The notes under the pieces were generated by a model. It ran no database searches and was not told the DNA's origin. It worked only from the letters and a program-made list of their open reading frames with translations. Shown in pieces: positions 27,795-38,182 of a stretch of 64,000 bases of DNA. Both the position numbers and the translations under genes were made by a program. Origin of the DNA: Candidatus Dormiibacterota bacterium (GTDB taxonomy: Bacteria; Chloroflexota; Dormibacteria; Aeolococcales; Aeolococcaceae); contig CAVPXI010000016.1 of NCBI GenBank assembly GCA_963709585.1, forward strand, positions 1 to 64,000, in the 5' to 3' direction. Every line of letters starts with the position of its first letter. The stretch's first letter is position 1.

Positions 27795-29325
27795 GTGGGG
27801 CTCGACGTGCAACTGCCTTCACGAGCACGTCTCGACCCGGCCGGCCTCCGGACACGTCTCTTCATCGGCGGGCAATGGGTCGATGCGACGGAAGGGGGCG
27901 AGATCGACGTTCTCGACCCGCACGACGGTTCGACGATCACGCGCATCGCCGAAGCGCGCGCGACCGACGTCGACCGCGCTGTGGATGCGGCGGAGCGCGC
28001 CTTTCCCGCGTGGTCGGCAACGGCTCCCGCCGAGCGTGGCCGGATCCTGCTCCGTCTGGCCGATCTCGTCGAGGACAGCCTCGCCGAACTGGCCAGGCTC
28101 GAGACCGTCGACACCGGACACCCGATTCGCGACACAACCCGGCTCGATGTTCCCAGGACGGCCGCGTGGTATCGGTATTTCGGGGGAATGGCCGACAAGC
28201 ACGAAGGGTCGGTGATCCCGGTCGAGTCGGGATTCCTCAACTACCTGCTTCGCGAACCCATTGGCGTGGTGGGCCAGATCGTTCCGTGGAATTTCCCGCT
28301 CATGTTCACGAGCTGGAAGCTCGGGCCGGCGCTTGCCGCAGGCAACGCTGTGGTCATGAAGCCGAGCGAGCTCACCCCACTCAGCACCCTCCGCCTCGCC
28401 GAGTTGATGCAGGAGGCCGGCGTCCCCGACGGCGTGGTCAACATCGTGCCTGGGTATGGCAATTCGGCTGGTTGGGCAATCGCGACGCATCCGCGGATTC
28501 GCATGCTGTCGTTCACCGGGTCGACGGCTGTGGGGCGACGGCTTGTCGAGGCAAGTGCGCCGACCCTCAAACGCCTCCACCTCGAGCTCGGTGGCAAGGG
28601 CGCGAACATCGTGTTCGAGGACGCGAACCTCGAGGATGCGGTCAATGGATCGGCCTTCGCGATCTTCCACAACCAGGGCCAGGCGTGCATCGCCGGATCG
28701 AGGTTGCTGCTGCACGAACGCATCGCCGACCGTTTTCTCGATGCTTTCCTGAAGGTGGCCACAGGCATTCGCATCGGAGACCCACTCGACATGGCGACCG
28801 AGATGGGGCCGCTCACATCGGCGCTGCATCGCGACCGGGTGCTCGGCTATGTCGACGTGGCGCGTGCCGAAGGCGGGGAGATCCTCTGCGGTGGCGAGGC
28901 TCCCAGCGCACCCGAGTTCGCCGCCGGCTGACTACGTGCAACCGACAGTGGTCCGCGCTCGTCCGGACGCGACCGTGAGCCAGGAGGAGGTGTTCGGTCC
29001 CTTCGTCGTGGTCACGACCTTCCGTGACTTGGACGAGGCGTTGCAGATCGCCAACTCGACGCAGTACGGGCTTGGCAGCGGGCTCTGGACCAATGACCTT
29101 GCGCGAGCGCATCGGATGGCCCGGCTCCTGCGCTCGGGGATGGTGTGGGTGAACGCCTACAAGCGCGTCTCGCCGGCCTCGCCCTTCGGCGGTGTGCAGG
29201 GATCGGGCTACGGTCGCGAGATGGGATTCGAGGCGATGCACGAGTACACCCAGCCGAAGTCGGTCTGGATCAATGTCGACGCGCAGCTTCCGATCTGGTA
29301 TCCGCGCTCGGACCTCGGGCAATGA
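27795..29325 (+). CDS. hapE: Aldehyde dehydrogenase, probable 4-hydroxymuconic-semialdehyde dehydrogenase; apparent +1 frameshift at ~28914-28930
   Basis: VPWNFPLMFTSWK, LELGGKGAN, FHNQGQACIAGSR, then YVQPT..EEVFGP..SPFGG..GYGREMG in the next frame; operon context. Confidence 0.8.
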
Positions 29326-30422
29326 CCCACGCGTTTACCTGGACGGCGCTTCCGTCGCGAGTTGTCTTCGCCGCCGGCGCCGTGCGCCGCGTCCCCGACG
29401 AGGTCGCCCGGCTCGAGAAGCAGCGGGTGCTGGTGATCGGCAGCGGCCCGTCAACCTCGCGCACGCTCGATCGCCTGCGTGAGGGTCTTGGTGTTCGGTT
29501 TGCGGGGGAGGTGCGCCGCGCGGCGCAGCATGTTCCGTCCGCCATCGCTGACGACACGATTCGTGTGGCGCGCGACTGCGGCGCCGACATCGTCGTGACC
29601 GTGGGGGGTGGCTCCGCGACCGGGCTCGGCAAGGTTGTTGCACAGGCCTGCGATCTCCCGCTCATCGCGGTGCCGACCACCTACGCGGGATCCGAGATGA
29701 CCCCGATCTGGGGACGTACCAGCGACGGCCGCAAGCAGACGTGGTCGGATATGCAGGTGCTGCCCCGCACGGTCGTGTACGACCCGGAGTTGTGCGTCGG
29801 GATGCCGCCCCGGCTGGCAGCCGCTTCCGGCATGAACGCGCTCGCCCACTGCCTCGAAGCACTCTGGTCGGCGGGCGCCAATCCGATCACGAGCGCTCTC
29901 GCCCGCGAGGGTGGCCGCCGCCTGACGCACGGCCTCGCGCGCGTGGTGGAGAACCCGAACGATCTCGCCTCGCACGCCGACAACCTGGTCGGTGCCTGTC
30001 TTGCCGGCGTCGCGCTCGCGCAGGCTGGTACGGGAATCCACCACCGAACGTGCCACGTTCTCGGGGGCGGATGGAATCTGCCGCACGCTGAAACCCATGC
30101 TGTGGTACTGCCCCACTCAACCGCGCTCGTGGCGGCGCGCGCGCCTGATGCGATCGCCGAGGCGAGCCGGCTGCTCGAGGCCGACGATCCATCCGTGGCC
30201 GTTTTCGCGCTGCTTCAGGGACTCCGGCTGCCGGTGTCGCTCTCCGCGCTCGGCATGCCCGAGGACGGGCTCGATGAGGCCGCTCGCCGCGTCACGGAGG
30301 CCAGCAGCGACGACCCGCTCGTCTCGGATGAGGCCGCCGTTCGGCGGATGCTGGGCGACGCCTTCGTTGGTCGCGCGCCACGGCCCCTCGCCGCGACCGA
30401 GCCTGTTCCAGCGCGGGGCTGA
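29322..30422 (+). CDS. Maleylacetate reductase
   Basis: GGGSATGLGK, PTTYAGSEMTP, SGMNALAH, HHRTCHVLGG, LPHAETH; ATGA overlap with ALDH. Confidence 0.9.
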   Translation: MTHAFTWTALPSRVVFAAGAVRRVPDEVARLEKQRVLVIGSGPSTSRTLDRLREGLGVRFAGEVRRAAQHVPSAIADDTIRVARDCGADIVVTVGGGSATGLGKVVAQACDLPLIAVPTTYAGSEMTPIWGRTSDGRKQTWSDMQVLPRTVVYDPELCVGMPPRLAAASGMNALAHCLEALWSAGANPITSALAREGGRRLTHGLARVVENPNDLASHADNLVGACLAGVALAQAGTGIHHRTCHVLGGGWNLPHAETHAVVLPHSTALVAARAPDAIAEASRLLEADDPSVAVFALLQGLRLPVSLSALGMPEDGLDEAARRVTEASSDDPLVSDEAAVRRMLGDAFVGRAPRPLAATEPVPARG

Positions 30423-30425
30423 TGC

Positions 30426-31328
30426 GTGGCTGAGCGCTTCCGCGACCCAGCGGACGTCCTCGACCGGCTGCGCGCCGCCGGCTACCTCGCCGACGAGTTG
30501 ATCGCGTCGGTGGTGTTCCTTGCCGATCGACTCGAGAAACCGGTGCTCGTCGAGGGTCCGGCGGGGGTGGGGAAGACAGAGCTCGCCAAAACGCTGGCGG
30601 CGGTCACCGAGGCACGGCTGCTGCGGCTGCAGTGCTACGAGGGCCTCGATGAAAGCCGCGCCCTCTACGAGTGGAACTATCGCAAGCAGCTGATGCGAAT
30701 CCAAGCTGGGGGCGGCGTCCCGGATGCCACCAGTGACTGGGAGGACATCGAAGCCGACATCTTCAGCGAGCCGTATCTGCTCGAGCGCCCACTGCTCGCA
30801 GCGATCCGGGCACGCGACGACGTCGTGCTGCTGATCGACGAGGTCGACCGTGTCGAGGTAGAGACGGAGGCGCTTCTGCTCGAGGTGCTCGCCGAGTTCC
30901 AGGTGACCATCCCGGAGCTCGGGACCATCACCGGCACTCGGCGCCCGTTCGTGGTCCTTACCAGCAACAACACCCGCGAGCTCAGCGAGGCGCTGCGTCG
31001 CCGGTGTCTCTTCCTCGCATTGGACTATCCGACCGTCGAGCGCGAGCGCGAGATCCTGCTCGCTCGCATTCCGGGCGTCGAGGATCGGCTGGCGCGCCAG
31101 GTGGCTCGGGTCGTTCGCGCAGCACGCCGTCTCGACCTTCGCAAGACGCCCTCGATCGGCGAGTTGATCGACTGGGCGCGGGCGTTGATGGCGCTCGGTC
31201 ACGTCGATATCACGCAGGCGGCGCTCGCCGAGACACTTCCGGTGTTGATCAAGTCGCGTCCGGATCTCATCACCGCTGCGCGCGAGCTCAACGCGGGGGA
31301 GCGCGCCGGCCGCGACGCGCCGGCCTGA
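30426..31328 (+). CDS. MoxR-family AAA+ ATPase (CoxD-like)
   Basis: EGPAGVGKT, RLQCYEGLDE, YEWNY, LLIDEVD, TSNNTRELSEALRRRC. Confidence 0.92.
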   Translation: MAERFRDPADVLDRLRAAGYLADELIASVVFLADRLEKPVLVEGPAGVGKTELAKTLAAVTEARLLRLQCYEGLDESRALYEWNYRKQLMRIQAGGGVPDATSDWEDIEADIFSEPYLLERPLLAAIRARDDVVLLIDEVDRVEVETEALLLEVLAEFQVTIPELGTITGTRRPFVVLTSNNTRELSEALRRRCLFLALDYPTVEREREILLARIPGVEDRLARQVARVVRAARRLDLRKTPSIGELIDWARALMALGHVDITQAALAETLPVLIKSRPDLITAARELNAGERAGRDAPA

Positions 31329-31343
31329 CCAGTTGTCGCGGCG

Positions 31344-33188
31344 TCACGGTCGTTGCGCGTAGACGCCGGCGAGATCGAGCTCGGTCCCCCCGGCGCACGC
31401 AAGATGCAACGCGCCACTCGACGAGGCTTCCGGGTTGACCACCACCGTTCTCTCGGCCGGGATCCAGCGTCCGTTGACCGCCAGGGTGATTGCTTGCGCC
31501 GGCAGCGGCGCGGCGAACTGCAGCATGATCGTGGCTCCGCTCGACACGGCGACGTCCGTCGTCGATCCATCGCAGGTCAGCGTCCGAGAGCCGGTGATGA
31601 GAGAGACAGCGTTTCCCTGCAGCTGAAAAGGCTGCGCCGCGGCCGCCACGTATGCGCCTTCGACACTTGCAAAGGTCGCGCCGAGCAGGAAGAGGTGAGG
31701 GCTGATATCGCCGAACCACGCCCAACGCTGGAGCACCGCGAGCGCATCGGCGGAGAAGTGACCTGGGTGCGGGGTCAGCGTGTAGAGGTACGTGTATCCC
31801 TGCCCGGGCAGCCCATTGAGCAGTCTCGGCGTGACGATGATCTGGACGAGCATGATGCCTCGTCTGCGGGCGTAATACGGCACCGCCGGTGACCACTGGA
31901 GTTCATCGAAGACGATGAGATCCTGCGGCCGCGTCCCCGCGTCGACCTCACGTGCCTGGGGCAGGACGTTCGCCGGATCCGGCGTGGGAGTCGTGTAGCT
32001 CGACGCCAGGAAATCGCGTTGCATGTAGAGGGTTGCTCCCAGCCACGCCATGATCACCAGCATCGTCGCGACACGGAACGGAGTCGCCCGCCAGTGACGG
32101 ATCAGGCCGTCGAGGGCGTAGCCGGCGACGGCGGCAACAGCGGGCGTCACCGCCGCCAGGTAGTACGCCTGCACCGCGTACAGATTGATGAACGTAAAGA
32201 CGGGAAGGACGCCGGCCAGGATGATTCCAACCCACACGGCGCGCCGCTCGCGCAGAATCGCGATGAGGCAAACGACCGCGAATATCCAGAACGGCATGCC
32301 GGTGACCAGGGTGTCGAGCGGATGGATGATCTTGCTCCACTGATGGGGATCCAGGCGCTGGCCCACGGAACCGAAGTTGAATCCGAACAGCGCCTCACTG
32401 GTCAACCAGCTCGTCGCCGGGCTCGCCGCCTTGATGTCGTCGGCGTGATGAGTCCAGAGCACGGCTGCAATCAGAGGGATGGCAAACAGCACGGCGGATG
32501 TGCGCAGACGTTCGCCTAGCCAGGGCCGCCACGGTGGTCTCGAACGCGCGCCCCAGTACAGCAACAGCGGGACCATCCAGAACACCGCGCTGGTCACCTT
32601 GACGAGCATCGCGAGGCTGCCGAGGACGATTGCGAGCACAGCGAACCGCCGTTGCCTGTTGTCGATCCAGATCATGCCCGCCCAGGCGTATCCGACCGAG
32701 AACGCCGTCGCCATGTACTCGATCATCGAAGCCCGGCTCCACCAGACATTGAACGGTGATGCGAGGAAAACGAGGACCGCGATTCCCGCGGCCGTGCGTG
32801 TCGAGAGATGGCGAACCAGCCCCCAGACTGCGACTGCGGTCGCGACAAAACAGATCACGCTGCTTACTCGCATCGCCCAGTCGGCGGCGCCGCCAAGGTT
32901 CATGAGCACTGCAGCCATGGCCTGGAAGAGCGGAAACTCGAACGGGACCTGCCATGGCTTCCCGAGAACCGGGAGCTGTGGAAAGAGCAGATTGATTCCC
33001 TGCTGGTGATAGATCAATGCGGGATAGGCGGTCTCGGTCTGACGGAATGACGAGATTGCGAGCAGCGGCGCGTTCAGATTCGGAAGGCGCACGAGCAGGC
33101 CGACGGCCAGCATGGCGGCGATGACCCCGGCCTCTCGCACGCCGGGGGCGGTCATGAGCCGCGGGATGCGACCGATGACCCTACGCAT
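31344..33188 (-). CDS. ArnT/PMT-like (GT-C) membrane glycosyltransferase
   Basis: FRQTET, EFPLF, SRASMIE, ~12 TM helices, extracytoplasmic C-terminal domain. Confidence 0.75.
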   Translation of the reverse strand: MRRVIGRIPRLMTAPGVREAGVIAAMLAVGLLVRLPNLNAPLLAISSFRQTETAYPALIYHQQGINLLFPQLPVLGKPWQVPFEFPLFQAMAAVLMNLGGAADWAMRVSSVICFVATAVAVWGLVRHLSTRTAAGIAVLVFLASPFNVWWSRASMIEYMATAFSVGYAWAGMIWIDNRQRRFAVLAIVLGSLAMLVKVTSAVFWMVPLLLYWGARSRPPWRPWLGERLRTSAVLFAIPLIAAVLWTHHADDIKAASPATSWLTSEALFGFNFGSVGQRLDPHQWSKIIHPLDTLVTGMPFWIFAVVCLIAILRERRAVWVGIILAGVLPVFTFINLYAVQAYYLAAVTPAVAAVAGYALDGLIRHWRATPFRVATMLVIMAWLGATLYMQRDFLASSYTTPTPDPANVLPQAREVDAGTRPQDLIVFDELQWSPAVPYYARRRGIMLVQIIVTPRLLNGLPGQGYTYLYTLTPHPGHFSADALAVLQRWAWFGDISPHLFLLGATFASVEGAYVAAAAQPFQLQGNAVSLITGSRTLTCDGSTTDVAVSSGATIMLQFAAPLPAQAITLAVNGRWIPAERTVVVNPEASSSGALHLACAGGTELDLAGVYAQRP

Positions 33189-33325
33189 GCGCGGATTCTA
33201 GGAGGGAGGCGTTCAAGGTTGACGATTCCGCCGATCGAGCGAAGGGCGCGGCCGGCACCGTAGGATGGCTGCCGATCCGCCGGCGGCGGCAGGGTCAGCC
33301 GCACCCACCGACAAGGAGACAACCC

Positions 33326-33436
33326 ATGCTCGCCTTCGCTCTATTCGGCACCAAAGAGATCATCGTGTACGTGGTCGTCGTGATCGTGCTCATCATCATC
33401 GGCTGGTACGTGATGCGGGGACGCTCCAGGGTCTAA
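33326..33436 (+). CDS. 36-aa single-TM microprotein (below the ORF track cutoff)
   Basis: AAGGAG RBS; MLAFALFGTKEIIVYVVVVIVLIIIGWYVMRGRSRV*; GC3-rich codons. Confidence 0.7.
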   Translation: MLAFALFGTKEIIVYVVVVIVLIIIGWYVMRGRSRV

Positions 33437-33490
33437 CGTAACGGGATGTGAGCGCTCTGCTCGGCTGAGACCACGAGTCGCGTCAGCGCC

Positions 33491-34900
33491 TCAGCCGTCG
33501 ACCAGCAGGCCCTTCAGCGGTCCCAGCAATCGCGCCGAGCGGCGTGACACCGACGGCAGCGGCCGGAGCGGGTTCTCGTATGGCGGTCGGGCGGTCACCG
33601 ATTTCCGCCAGGCAGTCTCGATGACCTCGAGCGGATCGGCGCCGCCACAATCCTGGTTGAGGTGCTCGCTCCACAACTGCTCGCGCACGCTGCGAGCTAA
33701 TGCCGCGTCGTCGGTCACGACGTTGACCTCGGTGTCGTTGAAGAGTGAATGCTCGTTGAGATTCGCCGACCCCACCGTCAGCCAGCCGTCATCGACGATC
33801 GCGACCTTCGCGTGCACGTAGACCGGAGGATGCTGGCGGTGCACTGGGCCGACAGTCCCGACCAGCAGGCGGTGACGGTGGTCGGCGGCCTGGAGCATGC
33901 CGAGCTGGCCGCGCGTGTCGTCATTTCCATTGTTCGGATGACGCGGAAGGACGATGCAGAGCCGAAAGTCGTCGCTGGGCGGCTGCAGCAACTTCTCGCG
34001 AAGCACCGCGGTCACCTCCGGACTCCACAGGAACTGATTTTCGAGATAGATGAGCCGGCGCGCACGTCGCAGCGCGCCCATGTAGGCCTCGAGAATGCTG
34101 AAGTCACCGCGAGGCAGCGGCTTGTACGTTCGCTCGGGAACCGTCCGGATGACCTGGACGCGGCTCTCCCCGGCGGCCGGCGGTGCGACCGCCGCGGGGA
34201 GCGTCTCCCCGGTCGTTGCCTGCCACCGCATCGCGAAATGCGCGCAGACATCCGCGACCGCCGGGCCCGCGAGCTGCGCTGCCGCATCGTGCCACCCCAA
34301 GGTGCCGCTGCGGCGGTGTGGCGAGCCGTCGTACCGGTCACCCGCGAGAGCGGTCAGATCGATGCCCCCCACGAACGCCTGGGTGCCATCGACGATCACG
34401 AGCTTCTCGTGATGGCAGTGCATCGGGCGATTGCGTGGATCGAGGGCGCCTCGAATCCGCGTGCCACGCACCAGGCCATCCATGAGCTGCCGCGCCGTCG
34501 CGCGAGACGGCTGCATGATCGGCAGCGGTGCTCCCGCCCAGACGAGAACGCGGACGTCGACACGATGTGCGGCCTCGGAGAGAAGCTCACGGACGGTCAC
34601 CACCGCGGGATGCCGCTCCACTGCAAACTCCGGGTCAACCGTCCAGCCGGCAATGTGCACGTACGAGCGAGCGCTCCGTACAGCGGCCGCTATCGCGGGG
34701 AGGGCGGACGTCCCGTCGACATGGACCTGCAGGCTATTGCCATCGCGCGCTGGAGGAGCCATGGCCCAGGCGTCGCCGTCGCCACGCAGTGCACGGCCCC
34801 AACCGAGACGGGCCAGACGCCGGACGTGATGACGAGTCGCTGTATCCTCGACGACGTCGCCGAGCCTGGCATCCAGACCGCTTACGATCTCGCCGATCAC
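33491..34900 (-). CDS. Phospholipase D family protein
   Basis: Two HKD motifs (HEKLVIVD, HAKVAIVD), GGID, GSANLN, YLENQF. Confidence 0.9.
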   Translation of the reverse strand: MIGEIVSGLDARLGDVVEDTATRHHVRRLARLGWGRALRGDGDAWAMAPPARDGNSLQVHVDGTSALPAIAAAVRSARSYVHIAGWTVDPEFAVERHPAVVTVRELLSEAAHRVDVRVLVWAGAPLPIMQPSRATARQLMDGLVRGTRIRGALDPRNRPMHCHHEKLVIVDGTQAFVGGIDLTALAGDRYDGSPHRRSGTLGWHDAAAQLAGPAVADVCAHFAMRWQATTGETLPAAVAPPAAGESRVQVIRTVPERTYKPLPRGDFSILEAYMGALRRARRLIYLENQFLWSPEVTAVLREKLLQPPSDDFRLCIVLPRHPNNGNDDTRGQLGMLQAADHRHRLLVGTVGPVHRQHPPVYVHAKVAIVDDGWLTVGSANLNEHSLFNDTEVNVVTDDAALARSVREQLWSEHLNQDCGGADPLEVIETAWRKSVTARPPYENPLRPLPSVSRRSARLLGPLKGLLVDG

Positions 34901-35001
34901 GGTTTACTCGCTCTCATGGCGGGCTCCATGGCAAGAATGGTCGCGCATCTGTACGCTAGCGCACCGTATTAATCGGGAAGCCCGCGCATGCTGGCGGTCC
35001 T

Positions 35002-35898
35002 GTGAGCGGTCATCTCGGCGTCCTGAAGGCTTCGCGCCGCGCGGTCTTCCTTGCATGCATCGTCGGAGTCACGATCGGAGCACTGCCAACTGTGGCAATG
35101 GCCGCGGTCACGCAACCGCGCCTGCTGTCGGCCGGCAACTTCACGGTGATGGCCGCCTCTGCGATCACCAACACCGGTGCCACCACGATCACGGGCAACC
35201 TGGCGATCAGCCCGAACAAGGCGTCCTCGGTCAAAGGTTTTCCTCCCGGGGTGGTCACCGGCGCGAAGGACGAAGACAACGCGGTGGCGATCAAGGCTCA
35301 GACCGACCTGGTCACCACCTACAAAGACGCGGCCCATGCCACACCCTTCAAGAACATGTCGGGGGTGAACCTCGGCGGTAAGACGCTCACACCAGGCGTC
35401 TACCACTTCAATTCGTCGGCGCAGCTCACCGGGACGCTCACGCTCAACGGCGAGGGTCGAAGCGGTTCGCTCTTCATCTTCCAGATCGGGTCGACGCTGA
35501 CAACGGCGAGCCGCGCTCGCGTCGCCCTGATCGGCAGGGCAAACTCCTGCAACGTGTTCTGGCAGGTGACCAGCTCGGCGACCCTCGGCACCGCGACGTC
35601 CTTCCAGGGAAACCTGATCGCGTTGACGAGCATCACCATGACGACCGGTGCCACGATCGGCGTCGGGGGTGGCCTCAACGGCGGGCGCGCCCTGGCACGA
35701 AACGGTGCCCTCACCCTTGACAGCAACATCATCAGGCCGCCGACAGGCAGGTGTCCCACCATCGCCTCGTCGTCGACCTCGACAACACCATCGACTCCAT
35801 CGTCCGGGGCGGCGCCCAACGCACTTCCCCCATGGCTACTCGCCTCGGGCGCGCTGCTTGTCATGGCAGCGACTGTCCGCCGCCGCCAGTCGAGGTAG
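35002..35898 (+). CDS. DUF3494 ice-binding family protein, secreted and C-terminally anchored
   Basis: LTPGVY, FIFQIGSTLTTA, NVFWQVTSSATLGT, F.GNLIALTSIT, GRALARNGA; signal peptide; S/T linker + hydrophobic + RRR tail. Confidence 0.92.
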   Translation: MSGHLGVLKASRRAVFLACIVGVTIGALPTVAMAAVTQPRLLSAGNFTVMAASAITNTGATTITGNLAISPNKASSVKGFPPGVVTGAKDEDNAVAIKAQTDLVTTYKDAAHATPFKNMSGVNLGGKTLTPGVYHFNSSAQLTGTLTLNGEGRSGSLFIFQIGSTLTTASRARVALIGRANSCNVFWQVTSSATLGTATSFQGNLIALTSITMTTGATIGVGGGLNGGRALARNGALTLDSNIIRPPTGRCPTIASSSTSTTPSTPSSGAAPNALPPWLLASGALLVMAATVRRRQSR

Positions 35899-35987
35899 TC
35901 GTTCCCTCTCTCTTTACCCCGATTAACAATCCTCCGATCAGAGTGGTGGCGTCGCCGCTTCCATCAGCAGAGAGGACGGGGAAAGAC

Positions 35988-37052
35988 ATGACCCAGACTG
36001 CGCATCGTCGCTGGATCATCGCCGGCGCCACAGCAGCAATCGCGCTGCCCGCTGCCCTCTCGGCGGTACCGGCCGCCGCCGGCGGCGAGCTGTCAAACCG
36101 AGTGTTTACGAGCGGCACGGCCACCATGACCCAGCCCGACGACATCACGTGGCTCGACGGCACCATCTATGTGGTCTGGCAGAACGGCGTCGGGCCGAGT
36201 GGCCAGCCCAGCTCGACCGGTGCGACCGACAGCACCGTCGTTGCCTACAGCAAGTCCGGTCGCCGGGTCGCGAGATGGCGGATTGCCGGCCACACTGATG
36301 GTCTGGCTGCGGACTCGGCACGCCACCGCCTCATTGTTACCGTCAATGAGGACGGTAACTCGAGCCTGTACACGATCTCGCCGGAGGCACCGGCTGCGGA
36401 TCAGGTGGAGCACTACCACTACAATTTGAACCCGCTGCCGCATGGAGGAGGTACCGACGCTGTATCGGTCTACCGCAGGATCATTCTCATCAGCGCATCG
36501 GCGCCGACGGTTGCCGATGGACCGGCCGTCTACCGGGCGCGACTCGAGGCGGGTGGGATGGCCGTGCTGGAGCCCGTGTTCTTCGACGACAGCCTCGCGA
36601 GGGTGGCCAACGTCGACACCTCGTCATCAAGAAAGTTGGTGGCTCTGGCGCTGACCGATCCGGATTCCAACGTGGTCGTCCCCTCGAGCAGCCCTCGATT
36701 CGCCGGTGATTTCATGCTCAACAGTCAGGGCGACGAAGAACAGATCTACGTCGGCGGCGCAGCAGGCCCAAGCCCGCAACTCTCGGTGCTCGATCTCTCC
36801 CAGGCTGTCGATGACACGGCGTGGGTCACCGACGCGGACGGGACGTTGCTGGTGACCGACAGCGTCGACAACGCGGTCTTCGCGGTGCGTGGCGAGTTCG
36901 ACCCCGGGGCCGCCTACGTTGCGGTCACGCCCCGCGACGCCAACACCCCGATCAATCTGCCGAACTACCTGGGTCGTCTCAACCTCCACACCGGTGAGGT
37001 GTCGCCGGCGGTGACCACCATTCAGGCAAAGGGCCTGCTCTTCATCCCCTGA
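35988..37052 (+). CDS. Secreted hypothetical protein (probable beta-propeller)
   Basis: Signal peptide (HRRW..AVPAAA), QPDDIT, TDGLAAD, DPDSN motifs. Confidence 0.7.
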   Translation: MTQTAHRRWIIAGATAAIALPAALSAVPAAAGGELSNRVFTSGTATMTQPDDITWLDGTIYVVWQNGVGPSGQPSSTGATDSTVVAYSKSGRRVARWRIAGHTDGLAADSARHRLIVTVNEDGNSSLYTISPEAPAADQVEHYHYNLNPLPHGGGTDAVSVYRRIILISASAPTVADGPAVYRARLEAGGMAVLEPVFFDDSLARVANVDTSSSRKLVALALTDPDSNVVVPSSSPRFAGDFMLNSQGDEEQIYVGGAAGPSPQLSVLDLSQAVDDTAWVTDADGTLLVTDSVDNAVFAVRGEFDPGAAYVAVTPRDANTPINLPNYLGRLNLHTGEVSPAVTTIQAKGLLFIP

Positions 37053-37155
37053 AACGCTCCCACATTCGCGGAGGTGGCCCCGATCATCATGCTGGCATAT
37101 GGGCTTTCGGCTCAGGGGCGCACGATCACGGGCTGGTCTGCCAGGGGATGTCACT

Positions 37156-38175
37156 ATGTCCCCCATGCCCAAACCCGACGCCCGCTCGGCCCATCAGGAT
37201 TCTTCGCGTGACCTCACCACGCTTGGACGCGACGGACCGGCGGTAAGCCGTATCGGGCTCGGGCTCGCGGCCGTCGGCCGGCCCGCCTACATCACGACCA
37301 ATCGCGCCGCCGACCTCGGCGGTGACCGCTCTGTTGGCGCCCTCCGCGACCGGACGTGGCACCTGCTTGACGCCGCGTACACCGCCGGCGTGCGCTACGT
37401 CGACGTCGCACGCTCCTACGGATTGGCAGAGGCGTTTCTCAGTGAATGGATCGTGAACCGCGGCGTGCCTGATGATCTGGTCATCGGCTCCAAGTGGGGA
37501 TACGCTTACGTCGGAGGCTGGGATCTCGCGGCGCCGGTGCAGGAGGTCAAGGATCTCTCGGCGGCGAACTTCGAGCGCCAATACGCCGAGACACGTGCGC
37601 TGCTCGGCGATCACCTTCGCCTCTACCAGGTGCACTCGCTCACGATTGAGTCAGGCGCGCTGGACGATGCGCCGCTGCTCGCGGCACTCGCCCGGCGCCG
37701 CGAGGAAGGCCTGCGCCTCGGCATCACGACCACCGGGCCGCATCAGGCTGACACGATCCGTCGAGCGCTCGAAGTTCGTATGGACGGAACGCCGCTGTTC
37801 TCGTCGGTGCAGGCGACCTGGAACCTGCTCGAGCCCTCGGCCGGGCCTGCGCTGCGCGACGCATCGACCGCAGGATTGGCGGTGATCGTGAAGGAGGCGC
37901 TCGCCAATGGCAGGCTTGCTCGCATCGGCGACGCCGGCGGCGCGGATAGTCCGTTCGGTAGGTTGTCGGCCGTCGCCGGTGTGGAGCCGGACGCGCTCGC
38001 GATCGCGGCAGCCCTGGCGCAATCGTGGGTCTCGGTCGTGCTCAGCGGCGCCGCCGGCATCGACCAACTGGCGAGCAATCTGCGCGCTCTGGACGTTGTC
38101 ACCACCGGTATGCCGGACGTCGCCGAGCCGGCGGAGGATTACTGGGCCGCCAGGTCGGCGCGACCGTGGACCTGA
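37156..38175 (+). CDS. Aldo/keto reductase
   Basis: RYVDVARSYG, IGSKWGY, LYQVHS, QATWNLLE, VLSGA. Confidence 0.9.
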   Translation: MSPMPKPDARSAHQDSSRDLTTLGRDGPAVSRIGLGLAAVGRPAYITTNRAADLGGDRSVGALRDRTWHLLDAAYTAGVRYVDVARSYGLAEAFLSEWIVNRGVPDDLVIGSKWGYAYVGGWDLAAPVQEVKDLSAANFERQYAETRALLGDHLRLYQVHSLTIESGALDDAPLLAALARRREEGLRLGITTTGPHQADTIRRALEVRMDGTPLFSSVQATWNLLEPSAGPALRDASTAGLAVIVKEALANGRLARIGDAGGADSPFGRLSAVAGVEPDALAIAAALAQSWVSVVLSGAAGIDQLASNLRALDVVTTGMPDVAEPAEDYWAARSARPWT

Positions 38176-38182
38176 GGGGCCT

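Noticed and set aside
28929-28931. In-frame TGA in the ALDH as selenocysteine or readthrough
   Set aside because: The protein continues in a different frame and the site is not the catalytic Cys.
23897-31328. Carbon monoxide dehydrogenase locus
   Set aside because: Only coxD/coxE-like genes are present; no coxL/M/S/F/G in the window.
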